From: Thermoplasmata archaeon
GTDB lineage: Archaea > Thermoplasmatota > Thermoplasmata > Lutacidiplasmatales > UBA184
Length of the DNA: 64,000 nt
Direction: 5' to 3'
Assembly: GCA_021809545.1 (NCBI GenBank)
Contig: JAKAYL010000001.1
Coordinates: forward strand, 21,561 to 85,560
In this document: one piece after another, positions 9,904 to 18,891 of the stretch
How the letters are laid out: each line of letters starts with the position of its first letter
How positions within the stretch are numbered: position 1 is the stretch's first letter
Translations under genes and position numbers: made by a program
Notes under the pieces: model-generated
The model's database searches: none
What the model was told of the DNA's origin: nothing
What the model saw: only the letters and a program-made list of their open reading frames with translations

Positions 9904-10003
9904 GCCCTTACCTGCGACCTCTCGCTACAGAATAGCACGCGCTACACGAAATTGAAGTTTCCCTGTTGTCGGCATTATATCTGTCTTCCGACTTTTCTTG
10001 GGC

Positions 10004-10438
10004 ATGACCCGGAGGGAAGAAGACCCCCACGATCGGGGAGACAAATCTCTCTTCCGCGTTCGAAGTTCCGCCCTTCCCTGGGTCACGGCGGCCGTCGTGG
10101 TGGCGTTGGTCTTCCTGGCGGTCTTCACCTTGGGCTTCGTGCTGATTGTCGAGAACCACGGGGACCACCTTCCAACGCAAGCGGCAAGTTCTGGCAATAG
10201 TACCTCCGCGCAGCAGGCCGCGCCGTCGACACCCCTTTACCAAATCTGGGATCCGATCGTCCTCCTGCTGTTCACCCTGGCAGTGCTCGCCGGTGCGGTT
10301 CGGGTTCTGCGTCGCCAACGGAAGTCTCTGACCCGAGTGTCCGAGAAGACCCCGGGCTCGGAGGCTCCTCAAGGGCACGGGGCAGATCCCGGCGTTCGTC
10401 CACCCAAGGAGGAGGATACTCTTGACCATCTCCTTTGA
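10004..10438 (+). CDS. Small two-TM membrane protein
   Basis: ATG at 10004 (the ORF-track start at 9998 is TTG). A TATA-like CATTATATC lies ~26 bp upstream, suggesting a leaderless transcript. Two hydrophobic helices. Confidence 0.45.
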   Translation: MTRREEDPHDRGDKSLFRVRSSALPWVTAAVVVALVFLAVFTLGFVLIVENHGDHLPTQAASSGNSTSAQQAAPSTPLYQIWDPIVLLLFTLAVLAGAVRVLRRQRKSLTRVSEKTPGSEAPQGHGADPGVRPPKEEDTLDHLL

Positions 10439-12770
10439 GCCGAACTCACCTGGGCCGAACACCGGCCCCTCCTCTCCCCCCGCGGCCGCAACCACAGATA
10501 CGGCGCCGTCCAAAGAGCTCCAACGATGGAGGGGACGGTGGGTGCGGCTGCGGATGCACACACCGAAGCACCGGTCGCGCCACGTGCTCTTCGCCCTGCT
10601 CCTGATCTTCGGTGGGATGGCGCTCGCGATCGGGAACGCGGCCACCCCCCAGTACAAGGTCACCCCGCTTGCCCCGTCGGGGTACTTCTTCTCCCTGGCG
10701 ATGGGAGGTAACACGATCTACGCCGCCTCCGCCAACTCCGGCTCCATCCTCCTGGAGAAGAGTTCGGACCGGGGCCTCGACTGGACCACGAGCGCGGTGC
10801 CGTACTCGCTCATCGCGAGCAACACCTCCAGTTGGACGTTCGCAGCGGTCGCGGTCGACGGGAAGAATGTGATCGTCGCCGCTGCTTCGAGCGGGAACTA
10901 TAACCAGAATTACGGGGGATACTACGGGTGCCCTTCCAACTCCACCATTCTCCTCGCCGCGAGCTCGGATGAGGGGACGACCTGGAAGAGCCAGACCCTC
11001 ATGACCCTCGGCGTTCAGGTGACGTCGATCCAAGTCAGCATGGATGGGAATTCCGCGGCGGTGGCGTGGCTGGGAACGACATACACTTCCTACTGCGATA
11101 GACTGGCGCCAAACGTCGCGGAGGCTGTCACCAGCCGGGACGGCGGACAGACCTGGTCCCTTCCGCCTCAGAACCTAACCCCGACCAATGCTGCGCTCTC
11201 CTCGAACCAGCACATCGAGATGGCGGCCAGCACCGAGGGGATCGTGGTCGCCTTCGAGTCCACCTCCCTCCAGAATTCCTACAACCTCCTGAACCTGTAC
11301 CGTTTGGACGAGAACGGGAGCGGCTACCTGTTCCACCCGGTCTACGGAGAGCTCCCCGCACCTTCGAGCTGGACGCTCCAGGGAGATCCCGGGACCTCGG
11401 CGTTCCTCCTCACCCCGAGCTATCTCATCCCGCTGGGACCCGGGGCCCTTTCCGGGATCCCCTTCTCCCAACTGCAGGAGGATAGCGGCGCAGTGGGAGT
11501 CCTTCCCAGTGTGATCTCCCTGGTACCCGCAGGATCCGGCGCCGGGGGAGACTTGGTGACCATCGCCGCCACCCTTCCGGGCGGTACCGGGGTAGACTGC
11601 TGGACCGTCAACCTTGGGACCCTGGCCATCTCCCAGACCTGCCACGTTACGCTCGGGTCGTTCCTGCTCCCCTCGAGCCAGAGCTTTCCCATCGTCTCCC
11701 TCCTGTACGGCGACGGTTGGTGGGTGGGCATCGGTGCGGGATCTGCTCCCTATGGATGGGGTGTAGGAGGGTACCTTGCCAGTTCACCCGCCGTGGGGAC
11801 TTCCGTGTGCTTCCAAGGCTGCCAGTCCGAAGAGGGATTGGTCGGATACTACTACACGGAGACGTCCACCCTCTCCCCATCCGTGGTGGCCGCGTTCGCA
11901 GTGTTCCTCGTGGTGCTGGGGATCGTTTGGATCTTCCTCGTCCTGAGGGCCGGGAAGAACATGCGGCCCGTAGGGCCCTCCTCAGGGGGAGCGAACGTTC
12001 CGCCCGGAGGGAATGCCCTAACCTACCCACGAACGGCGTACCTCCGGGGACTGCTCGTCTGGTTCCTCCTATGGTCGCCCCTGAGCATGCTTCTCTTCGC
12101 CCCCGGGCTCCAACAGAACAATCCCTTGATCCCATGGCTCATCGTCACCGAAGGTGTCTTGGGAGCCATCTTTGTGGCTCCCTTCCACTCCGGTGTTCGT
12201 CGATCCCTCGTGCTCGGCCTCCAGAAATACATCTTCCATAACCCCGACGGCGCCCGGGGGTTCGGCCGTGGGTCCCTGGCGGGAACTGAGGCCGGCATGG
12301 TCTCGTACTTCGCCTATGCCAGCTGGGTGGCGACCTTCTTCCTGCTGATTGCGGTCGGTCTGTTTGATACTACCTCCCCAGTTCAGGCTCCGCTCTCGAC
12401 AAGTGTGGGCGGTGGGACAGTCCTGAATGCGATGGCCATGTTCCTGGTCGTCATGGCTCTCGCCGTGGCGGGGCTCCGCGTCCTCTATCATGACGGCCTC
12501 GGCGCAGCCATGCGGGAAGCGACGGTCCTGATGCAAGGCCCTCCCCCTCCAGCCACGGGAAAATGGGACACCCTCCGCACCCGCGTGGGTGCCGCCTTGC
12601 TTCCCTGGAACCCCCTCGTCGGCCTCATCCTGGGCTGGGCCCTCGAGCCCGTCCTCTCATGGAGCCCCTTCGTTCTCGCCTTCCTCTTCCTGCCCGTGAC
12701 CTTGCTAGGAATGGCGATCCAGGCGGGTCTCCTTGGGAGAACCGCCTACAGCAAGCCCGTATGGGAGTGA
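10422..12770 (+). CDS. BNR/Asp-box repeat (sialidase-like beta-propeller) extracellular domain fused to a C-terminal polytopic membrane domain
   Basis: Signal-anchor sequence, Asp-boxes SSDRGLDWT, SSDEGTTWKS and SRDGGQTWS, then about 8 TM helices from ~aa 560. The start may instead be the ATG at 10554 (MHTPKH). Confidence 0.6.
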   Translation: MTISFEPNSPGPNTGPSSPPAAATTDTAPSKELQRWRGRWVRLRMHTPKHRSRHVLFALLLIFGGMALAIGNAATPQYKVTPLAPSGYFFSLAMGGNTIYAASANSGSILLEKSSDRGLDWTTSAVPYSLIASNTSSWTFAAVAVDGKNVIVAAASSGNYNQNYGGYYGCPSNSTILLAASSDEGTTWKSQTLMTLGVQVTSIQVSMDGNSAAVAWLGTTYTSYCDRLAPNVAEAVTSRDGGQTWSLPPQNLTPTNAALSSNQHIEMAASTEGIVVAFESTSLQNSYNLLNLYRLDENGSGYLFHPVYGELPAPSSWTLQGDPGTSAFLLTPSYLIPLGPGALSGIPFSQLQEDSGAVGVLPSVISLVPAGSGAGGDLVTIAATLPGGTGVDCWTVNLGTLAISQTCHVTLGSFLLPSSQSFPIVSLLYGDGWWVGIGAGSAPYGWGVGGYLASSPAVGTSVCFQGCQSEEGLVGYYYTETSTLSPSVVAAFAVFLVVLGIVWIFLVLRAGKNMRPVGPSSGGANVPPGGNALTYPRTAYLRGLLVWFLLWSPLSMLLFAPGLQQNNPLIPWLIVTEGVLGAIFVAPFHSGVRRSLVLGLQKYIFHNPDGARGFGRGSLAGTEAGMVSYFAYASWVATFFLLIAVGLFDTTSPVQAPLSTSVGGGTVLNAMAMFLVVMALAVAGLRVLYHDGLGAAMREATVLMQGPPPPATGKWDTLRTRVGAALLPWNPLVGLILGWALEPVLSWSPFVLAFLFLPVTLLGMAIQAGLLGRTAYSKPVWE

Positions 12771-13052
12771 GCATCTCCTCGAACTTGTGACGCTTGGCTA
12801 AGTTCGTACCGGTGGCAATTTCCAGCAATCCATCGTGAAGAGGGCCTTGGAGACTGAGGACCTCAAGAAGTCAGGTAGCTTTGAAAGGCAGAGATGCATT
12901 CCTCGTATTGGAGCCTATGCGCATAGTTGGGCGCGCATCGGCGCCATTACCGAAAGGGTGGACGGAACCGGCACCCCTTCCTGGGGTACCTCAAAGCGCG
13001 ACTTGCACTCTCCGAGGGTGACTCTTCAATCGTCAGCACAAATCATGAGACC

Positions 13053-13589
13053 CTAACCTGCACCAATTGTTACGTAGGTCCATTCCGGTTGCCGGTAATG
13101 TTTCTCCTCGACTCTCAACCCGAGAGTCCGTGCTTTAGCTAGAAGCTCTGCGTAGGCCGCTTGTGTAACGTAGGTCCGTACAGGGGCAAGTCCGAAGACG
13201 ATGTAGACGGATGCATGAGTGAGATCCCGAATGGACTTGTCCACCCCCTTCATGGTGAGGAGATGGAAGTGGGGATCATCGAACTTCATGACTCGTGGAG
13301 CTCGCCACGAGTATCGAAAGCTGACTTTGTCCATGTCAACTGCCATTATCGTTGCTTGAGGGAGGCTGAGGACGAAAACGAGTCCGAAAGCACCCGTAAC
13401 AAATAGGATGCTCCCAAGCCAAGCCAGAGACAGACTGTTACCCCAGAGATGATCAGAGGAGACGTGCATCACTGACAACGCACTGCCTCCAATAGCGAAC
13501 GCAAACAGGAAGGTTGCGATCCAGCTCCAGATGCGTGCCCTCTTTGCCATGGGCAGGGTCCGGATAAGTTTCAGATCGTAGGTCGTCAT
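13053..13589 (-). CDS. Membrane protein, two TM helices plus a ~100-aa soluble domain (low-GC islet)
   Basis: Clean ORF in an AT-richer segment. Hydrophobic helices at aa ~20-40 and ~55-80. Confidence 0.45.
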   Translation of the reverse strand: MTTYDLKLIRTLPMAKRARIWSWIATFLFAFAIGGSALSVMHVSSDHLWGNSLSLAWLGSILFVTGAFGLVFVLSLPQATIMAVDMDKVSFRYSWRAPRVMKFDDPHFHLLTMKGVDKSIRDLTHASVYIVFGLAPVRTYVTQAAYAELLAKARTLGLRVEEKHYRQPEWTYVTIGAG

Positions 13590-13817
13590 CTCCTATCCAA
13601 CAAGTGACTCCTCACTTCGAGCATTCTAATGATACCAGCGGTCGCAGGACGACTGCGATCTTGTCCTTGCCCAGAGAGATTAAACCATCGGATTCACTCC
13701 GTAAGGAGGGTTTGTAAAAAATCTTCCGTCCGACTCGTGGATTGTTTTCACCAAGACTGTCCCTGGGGAACTCTTTCGAGAGAGTGCTTCCAACCCGTGG
13801 GTTTCGACCATCAGGGG

Positions 13818-14423
13818 TTAATGCACTGTCGACCGATTGGAGTTGGAGACATTGTAGACTACCATCGCACCAAGGGTTCCAGCCATAGGTTTCGTTCGTT
13901 TCTCAGAGCCCACCAACTCATGGTGTCGACAGACATCCAATGTTGCAAGAAAGGCAGGCTCGGAAAGGGATGCGACTGGCCGCCAGGGAAGTTCCAGCGT
14001 CAACGCTTGGAGCCCTGGAACTGCAGCGTCCTCACGTCGGTCTTTCATGATGAACTTCCATTTTGTGCCGTTCCATGCAAGCTGATCAACCCTGCCGTTG
14101 GCATAGAACAGCGCCACCCCCGAGTCAGACACCTCCAAGCGCACGGGACCAGGCCCCCCGTAGACAACTGTCATAACGACGATGGAGACAAGGATAATGG
14201 GAGCAGACAGGAATGCGGCTAGACCTGCGGTTCGTGTGATCACGTCGCCCGTCATCATTTGTCGAATCAGAAAACCGTGTGGCCATTCCGCGTAAAACCA
14301 AAACAGGAAGAGTGCAACTCCACCTGCAAGTCCAATGTACGTCCCGAGTTGCTGGCCCTTATGCCATGCGGCCGACTCCATACTGATGTCGAACGACTTC
14401 CCCGCCAATGGACCCTCGCTCAA
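13818..14423 (-). CDS. Membrane protein, two TM helices plus a bacterial-PH-like soluble domain (low-GC islet)
   Basis: Same architecture as 13053..13589. The soluble part (VRLEVSDSGVALFYANGRVDQLAWNGTKWKFIMKD) looks PH/GRAM-like. Confidence 0.45.
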   Translation of the reverse strand: MSEGPLAGKSFDISMESAAWHKGQQLGTYIGLAGGVALFLFWFYAEWPHGFLIRQMMTGDVITRTAGLAAFLSAPIILVSIVVMTVVYGGPGPVRLEVSDSGVALFYANGRVDQLAWNGTKWKFIMKDRREDAAVPGLQALTLELPWRPVASLSEPAFLATLDVCRHHELVGSEKRTKPMAGTLGAMVVYNVSNSNRSTVH

Positions 14424-14647
14424 GATACCTCGTTGTCCACGTCGTAGATTCCTGTCCCAGTGGCAATGAGACCAATCCCAAAGATTACCAGCTCAAGGTA
14501 TCGGATTGGTGGAAGATCACTTCTGAAATTACGGAACATGTTGATGGTTCCATAGACACCCACGCCAACCATAAGATCGATGTCATTGAAGGTTTCCAAC
14601 CCATTCCGCACACTTTCCTCGATATCTCGACAAGCCCTGCCGCCCAA
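14420..14647 (-). CDS. Small two-TM membrane protein (75 aa)
   Basis: Overlaps the start of 13818..14423 by 4 bp, suggesting translational coupling. Hydrophobic. Confidence 0.3.
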   Translation of the reverse strand: MGGRACRDIEESVRNGLETFNDIDLMVGVGVYGTINMFRNFRSDLPPIRYLELVIFGIGLIATGTGIYDVDNEVS

Positions 14648-15420
14648 AACCTATGCCCTAATTGACATTGTCCTTACCGGCCACCTAACGAAGTTGCTGG
14701 GACTGGTCCCGGGACTCTCCCCCAGGATGACCGTATCGTGGAAACTCACGAAACGGATCCTGGCGGCAGGGCAGAGGAAGGCGGCCACCCTCAAGACAGC
14801 GGTCGGGCGGTCAAAGTGACCGGGATAATGGTCGCCACCGTCTACGCCGAAATGCCTGTGGTTGCGCACGCTCCGGCTGCTCAACCCCCCGTCCTCGGTG
14901 TTCCTGACAATGCTTCTGCCCCCTCTCTGTTTGACCAAATTACATCCCCGTGTGTGATAGCGCGTCCGCGTATATGCGCCTAGTGCAGACACGGGGCATG
15001 TTGCACCATACCGCATGCTACACTGTCTCTTCTAAACCATAGCGCCAAGGTCGAGCGGCGGCCACAAATCAATGATTGCCTGAACTGCGACCCTATCCCC
15101 GATAACGCCGCTCCTTCCCCACTAAGTTCTGGAAGTCTTACAAGGCCTCAACCAGTTGCGCCTTCTATGTCCGCAAGCTTCAGCATGGACATGTCGGGTT
15201 TGCCCCCATACACCGTTGCACTTCTTGCGCCATAGACCTGACTTAGTGGGTCGAAGGACTGACCTCTCGCGCTGTCGTTGAAAACAAGAAACTTGCCCCT
15301 CTCAATGCAAACCTGAGTTCTGGTCAACGCGCTCTCCTCCAAGAAGAGACGATTCCAAGCGGATACCTTGGTCAATTGCCGTGTCCTCTAGGTGAGACTT
15401 GGCCCACCTAAGCAGCAAAG

Positions 15421-15495
15421 CGGGCTCGCCGGGATTCGAACCCGGGTCGATGGCTCCGAAGGCCATCAGGATGGTCCAAACTACCCCACGAGCCC
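15421..15495 (-). tRNA. tRNA-Arg, anticodon most likely TCG; no encoded CCA
   Basis: RC reads GGGCUCG-UG-GGGU-AGUUUGGACC-AUCC-UG-AUGGC-CUUCGGA-GCCAU-CGAC-CCGGG-UUCGAAU-CCCGG-CGAGCCC-G. The acceptor stem is a perfect 7 bp, the T-arm is canonical (CCGGG/UUCGAAU/CCCGG), U33 and a purine at 37 are present. The anticodon arm is slightly non-canonical. Confidence 0.75.
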
Positions 15496-15517
15496 GGGCC
15501 GGTGAGGTCCGAGGCGG

Positions 15518-18500
15518 CTAAAGCTTCTCCTCGTGGTCCGGGTGGTCCAGATTCTTCAGGTTCGTCTGGGTCTGGGGGAAGAGCGTCAAGATGGAGTCCT
15601 CCAGGATCCGGACCCGTTGCTTCAGGTAATCCCCCACACCCTCCTGGGAGGCGAGCCCCTTCGAGAGCTCCAAGTACTTGGTGACCGCTCCCTCGTAGAC
15701 CGTGGGGGTGAGCTCCCCTCCGCAGAAGGCTTCCCCCACACGGGCCGTGCAGGTTGCGACGAGCGGGGGCCTTCGGTAGGACTCCCCGCACTTCCGGCAC
15801 CGGAACCGCTGCGTGGCGAAGCTCTTCATGTTCCCCATGATATCGGGGAGGAAGTGGTGGTTCAGGACCATGGCGATGGCGTCCCCGACGTCCACCGCGC
15901 TGATCTTCGAGACCACCGACATGGACTGGGCGACGACCTCGGCCATCCCCTCGCTGTCCCGATAGGCGGAGCGGGTGGGCCCTAGGGAGATGTCCGTCGT
16001 GTCGTGCGAGAAACCGTACCCGCGGAAGTGGCGGTCCGGGTTCTTCAGGTGCTTCCCCGCGGTCTCCATCAGGGCCTCGATGTCCTTGGGCCGGAGGCGG
16101 CGCTCCGCCGCTTCGTAGAACTCCAGGGGATAGCTCGACATGATGTCGACGTTCTGGGCCTCCTTGTCCACCTCCCTCAGGTCGAGCCTAGTCGTAAGGA
16201 CCAGGGGTTTGTCCATGAGGCCCCCCCGGTTGATGGGCAAGTACGCGAAGGAAAAGTTGAGGAGTCCGTCGAGAAGCAGGGTGACCGAATCCTCGTCGCC
16301 GTCGCAGTTCCTTCGCTTGGAGGCGTGGAAGGCGGGGTGGGCGAAGCACCCCTCGACGGGGGTATAGCCGATCAGCCGCGCGAGGACCCCGCCCGAGGTG
16401 TGCGGGGCGAGGGTGATCAACTGCTGTCCGATCAGGTCCTCCGGGGTTTCCGCCTCGTAGAACGGCTTGAGCCCGTAAAAGAGGGTCAGCTCGTCGTCGA
16501 CGTAGCGAGACAGCTTGAGGAGATAGTCCCCTCCCTCGTTGGAGAGGATGACGTCCTGGGGTTTGATCTCGACGATCTGTCGAGGTTCGGTGAGCACCGC
16601 TCCCTCGATGTCGAGGGTGTACCCCAGCTCGACCGCACGCTCCACGGAGAGTCCGATCTCCTCGGGGCGAAAGTGGGTGAGGGGGATGTCGGTGAGGTCG
16701 AAGCGGCTCGTCCCGTCCTGGTAGACATAGACCTCATGCTTTGCCCGCAGGATCCCCTTCTCGATGGGCTCCGGGGTCTTCTGGCGGGAGATGAGACCCC
16801 GGACCCCCTTGACCAGGGGGGGCTCCGTGATCTGGAGGTGGGCGCAGGCGTTCATGAACATGCTCCCGATGGGGATGGGAAGCTGCGCGTCCTTTCCCGT
16901 GGGCACCGTATGGGCGCCGCAATTGCAGAGGTTCCAGGGGGTCTGCTTGCCGCACTTCTCGCAGTGACGCACGCCCACCTCGACCTCCGCCTTCCCTCCC
17001 TCTCCTCCCGAGAGGAAGGCGTTGAGCGCCCGCATGGGTCCTCCGGCGGCCTCGACAGGGAAGAGGGAATGCACGGGGGGTTTCATCATCCGCAGGCGGG
17101 CCTTCTCCGGACGGCCCACGCGGGCTCCCACTCGGGAGGGGCCCCGGGCCTTGATCCGGATCCCTGCGACTCGGGAGACCTCCAAGAGCGCCTCCTGGGA
17201 ACCGCCCTCGATCTCGGCCTTCCGCATCAACCCTCCGTTCCGCTCCTCCAGTCCCAGACAGAGGAGGAAGGGAGAGGTGAGGAGCTTGTCGACGACGATC
17301 TCCCCGTTCCTTACGCTGTGCAGCAGCCCCAACGCGACGAGGAGATCCTTGATGGGTTTCTCCACCGGGAGGAGGAGGGCCCCGGAACCCACTTTGCCCT
17401 TCTTCTGTACTTCCTCGGAGAGGAATTTCACCTCCGATGCCTTGAGGTCGTGCCAGAAAAGGTTGAAGCGCGGGTGGAGGGGGACCATGTGGACGCGGGC
17501 GTCCTCGAGCGCCTCCTCCCAAGTGGGAACGACGGACCGCCGCCCGGGGGGGATCCCCTTCTTCCGCAGCTCCTCCAGGTGCCACGGGAGGGAGTAAGCC
17601 CCGGGGACCAACTGGTAGTTGTTCTCCTGGAACTCCCCGAAGGAGATCAGGATCTCCCCCAGGTCCACGATCTTCGTGACGGAGGGAAGGAGCGCTTTCG
17701 CCCTCTCCGCGTCGTGGATGGCCACAAGATCTCCGTTCTCGAGGAGCACGATCGGACCCTCGATGGTGTCGCAGGACGTCATCGCCGCGGCCTTGCCAGG
17801 ATACTCCAGCTTGACCTGGGTCCCGATGGCGACGAAGTCACCGAGGATCGTCATGGAGGCGGGATTGATGGAGGCGGCGGCGAGCCCGCTCGTGCGGGAG
17901 CGCCCGTACACGAGCCGGAACCCCCCCTTTCGGTGGGGATAGGAGAGGATGGGACGCCCCCCCACCGACTCTGCCAGGTACTTCGGGACCGGCCCCTCCT
18001 CGTTCGCCGGGGTCTTCCGGCCGAGCTGCTTGAGGAAGTCCCAGCCGTCGATGCCGAGCTTCTCCACGACGGAGCTCAACTTGCGAGCCTTGAGACACAG
18101 CCCCTCGGCGATGACGAGGCAGGCGCCGCCCCGGACCCCCGCGGTGTCCACCCGGCGGAGGTTCCGGAAGGCTGTGACCTCCTCGTCTCCCTCGGTGGCC
18201 TCCCCGTTGATGCAGACGGGAACCCCGCGCACCGCGACCTCGATCTCATCCGGGGTGGGGGAGTACTGCAGGTGCTGGAGGTGCTTGTAGAGGGGGATCT
18301 CCTCCTTGTAGCGGCCGATCTCCTCATCGAGGGCGACGTAGGGAGCGAGGTCGAGCTTCCGGCGCACGACGTCCGCTATGAGGACGGAAAGGGCCTGGGC
18401 CGTCCCCCCGGCCGCCCGGATCGGGCCGGCGTAGTAGAGGTCGACATAGGCTCCGTTCGGGTCCTCCCGGATCTTGGCCTGGACGAGCCCCTCGAGGGGG

Positions 18501-18838
18501 GCGACGAGGATCCCCTCCGTGAGGATCGCAAGCCCGGTCCGTACCGCCACGTCGAGGCGCTCCTCCCGGCTCCCCCGTGAGGTGTCCATCGCGAGCTCCT
18601 GGGCGACCGTGAGCGCGACCATGTCGCGGGAGATGTCCCGGGCGGAGAGTTCGCGGATGCGGTCCGCGACCCCCTCCACGTGCCATTTGGCGAGGAGTTT
18701 CTCCACCCGGCTCGCGAGATCGCTGGCGAGCGGGATCTCCACCTGGGTCTCCGGGTCGAGACCCTTGGCGCGGGCCGCCGAGGCGATCCCGTAGGCGTGC
18801 TTCACCCCCTTGTCCAGTTGGTTGAAGTACGCCTCCAT
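15518..18838 (-). CDS. DNA polymerase II large subunit DP2 (PolD catalytic subunit), intein-free
   Basis: 1,106 aa. The N-terminal MEAYFNQL...KHAYGIASAARAKGLDPE and overall length and conservation are typical of archaeal DP2. ATG at 18836-18838. Confidence 0.95.
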   Translation of the reverse strand: MEAYFNQLDKGVKHAYGIASAARAKGLDPETQVEIPLASDLASRVEKLLAKWHVEGVADRIRELSARDISRDMVALTVAQELAMDTSRGSREERLDVAVRTGLAILTEGILVAPLEGLVQAKIREDPNGAYVDLYYAGPIRAAGGTAQALSVLIADVVRRKLDLAPYVALDEEIGRYKEEIPLYKHLQHLQYSPTPDEIEVAVRGVPVCINGEATEGDEEVTAFRNLRRVDTAGVRGGACLVIAEGLCLKARKLSSVVEKLGIDGWDFLKQLGRKTPANEEGPVPKYLAESVGGRPILSYPHRKGGFRLVYGRSRTSGLAAASINPASMTILGDFVAIGTQVKLEYPGKAAAMTSCDTIEGPIVLLENGDLVAIHDAERAKALLPSVTKIVDLGEILISFGEFQENNYQLVPGAYSLPWHLEELRKKGIPPGRRSVVPTWEEALEDARVHMVPLHPRFNLFWHDLKASEVKFLSEEVQKKGKVGSGALLLPVEKPIKDLLVALGLLHSVRNGEIVVDKLLTSPFLLCLGLEERNGGLMRKAEIEGGSQEALLEVSRVAGIRIKARGPSRVGARVGRPEKARLRMMKPPVHSLFPVEAAGGPMRALNAFLSGGEGGKAEVEVGVRHCEKCGKQTPWNLCNCGAHTVPTGKDAQLPIPIGSMFMNACAHLQITEPPLVKGVRGLISRQKTPEPIEKGILRAKHEVYVYQDGTSRFDLTDIPLTHFRPEEIGLSVERAVELGYTLDIEGAVLTEPRQIVEIKPQDVILSNEGGDYLLKLSRYVDDELTLFYGLKPFYEAETPEDLIGQQLITLAPHTSGGVLARLIGYTPVEGCFAHPAFHASKRRNCDGDEDSVTLLLDGLLNFSFAYLPINRGGLMDKPLVLTTRLDLREVDKEAQNVDIMSSYPLEFYEAAERRLRPKDIEALMETAGKHLKNPDRHFRGYGFSHDTTDISLGPTRSAYRDSEGMAEVVAQSMSVVSKISAVDVGDAIAMVLNHHFLPDIMGNMKSFATQRFRCRKCGESYRRPPLVATCTARVGEAFCGGELTPTVYEGAVTKYLELSKGLASQEGVGDYLKQRVRILEDSILTLFPQTQTNLKNLDHPDHEEKL

Positions 18839-18858
18839 GATTAGGGATGATGCGCCCA

Positions 18859-18868
18859 GTTAAAATAA
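18859..18868. promoter_or_regulatory. Shared AT-rich TATA element (TTAAAATAAA) in the 53-bp divergent PolD/Dph2 intergenic region
   Basis: Lies ~24-28 bp from both the PolD ATG (18838, minus) and the Dph2 ATG (18892, plus), implying leaderless divergent transcripts. Confidence 0.4.
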
Positions 18869-18891
18869 ACTGAGCGCCTTGGAGCGGGGCG

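Noticed and set aside
12771-13100. An att-type direct repeat of the tRNA-Arg 3' end at the distal edge of the low-GC islet.
   Set aside because: By eye I found only a weak resemblance (GGACGGAACCGG versus GGATTCGAACCCGG), not a convincing repeat. This needs a computed alignment, so the integration hypothesis stays open.
16004-18580. 858-aa ORF antisense to PolD. Similar long ORFs lie opposite other real genes: 4981-6918, 7291-8694, 20180-21592, 22870-24399, 24494-25978, 26514-28034, 30782-32161, 32357-34186, 42317-45760 and 60490-62733.
   Set aside because: All are Arg/Gly/Pro/Asp/Glu-rich, low-complexity and motif-free. They lie opposite genes with clear family motifs and GC3 bias. They are the usual stop-codon-poor antisense frames of a 65%-GC genome.
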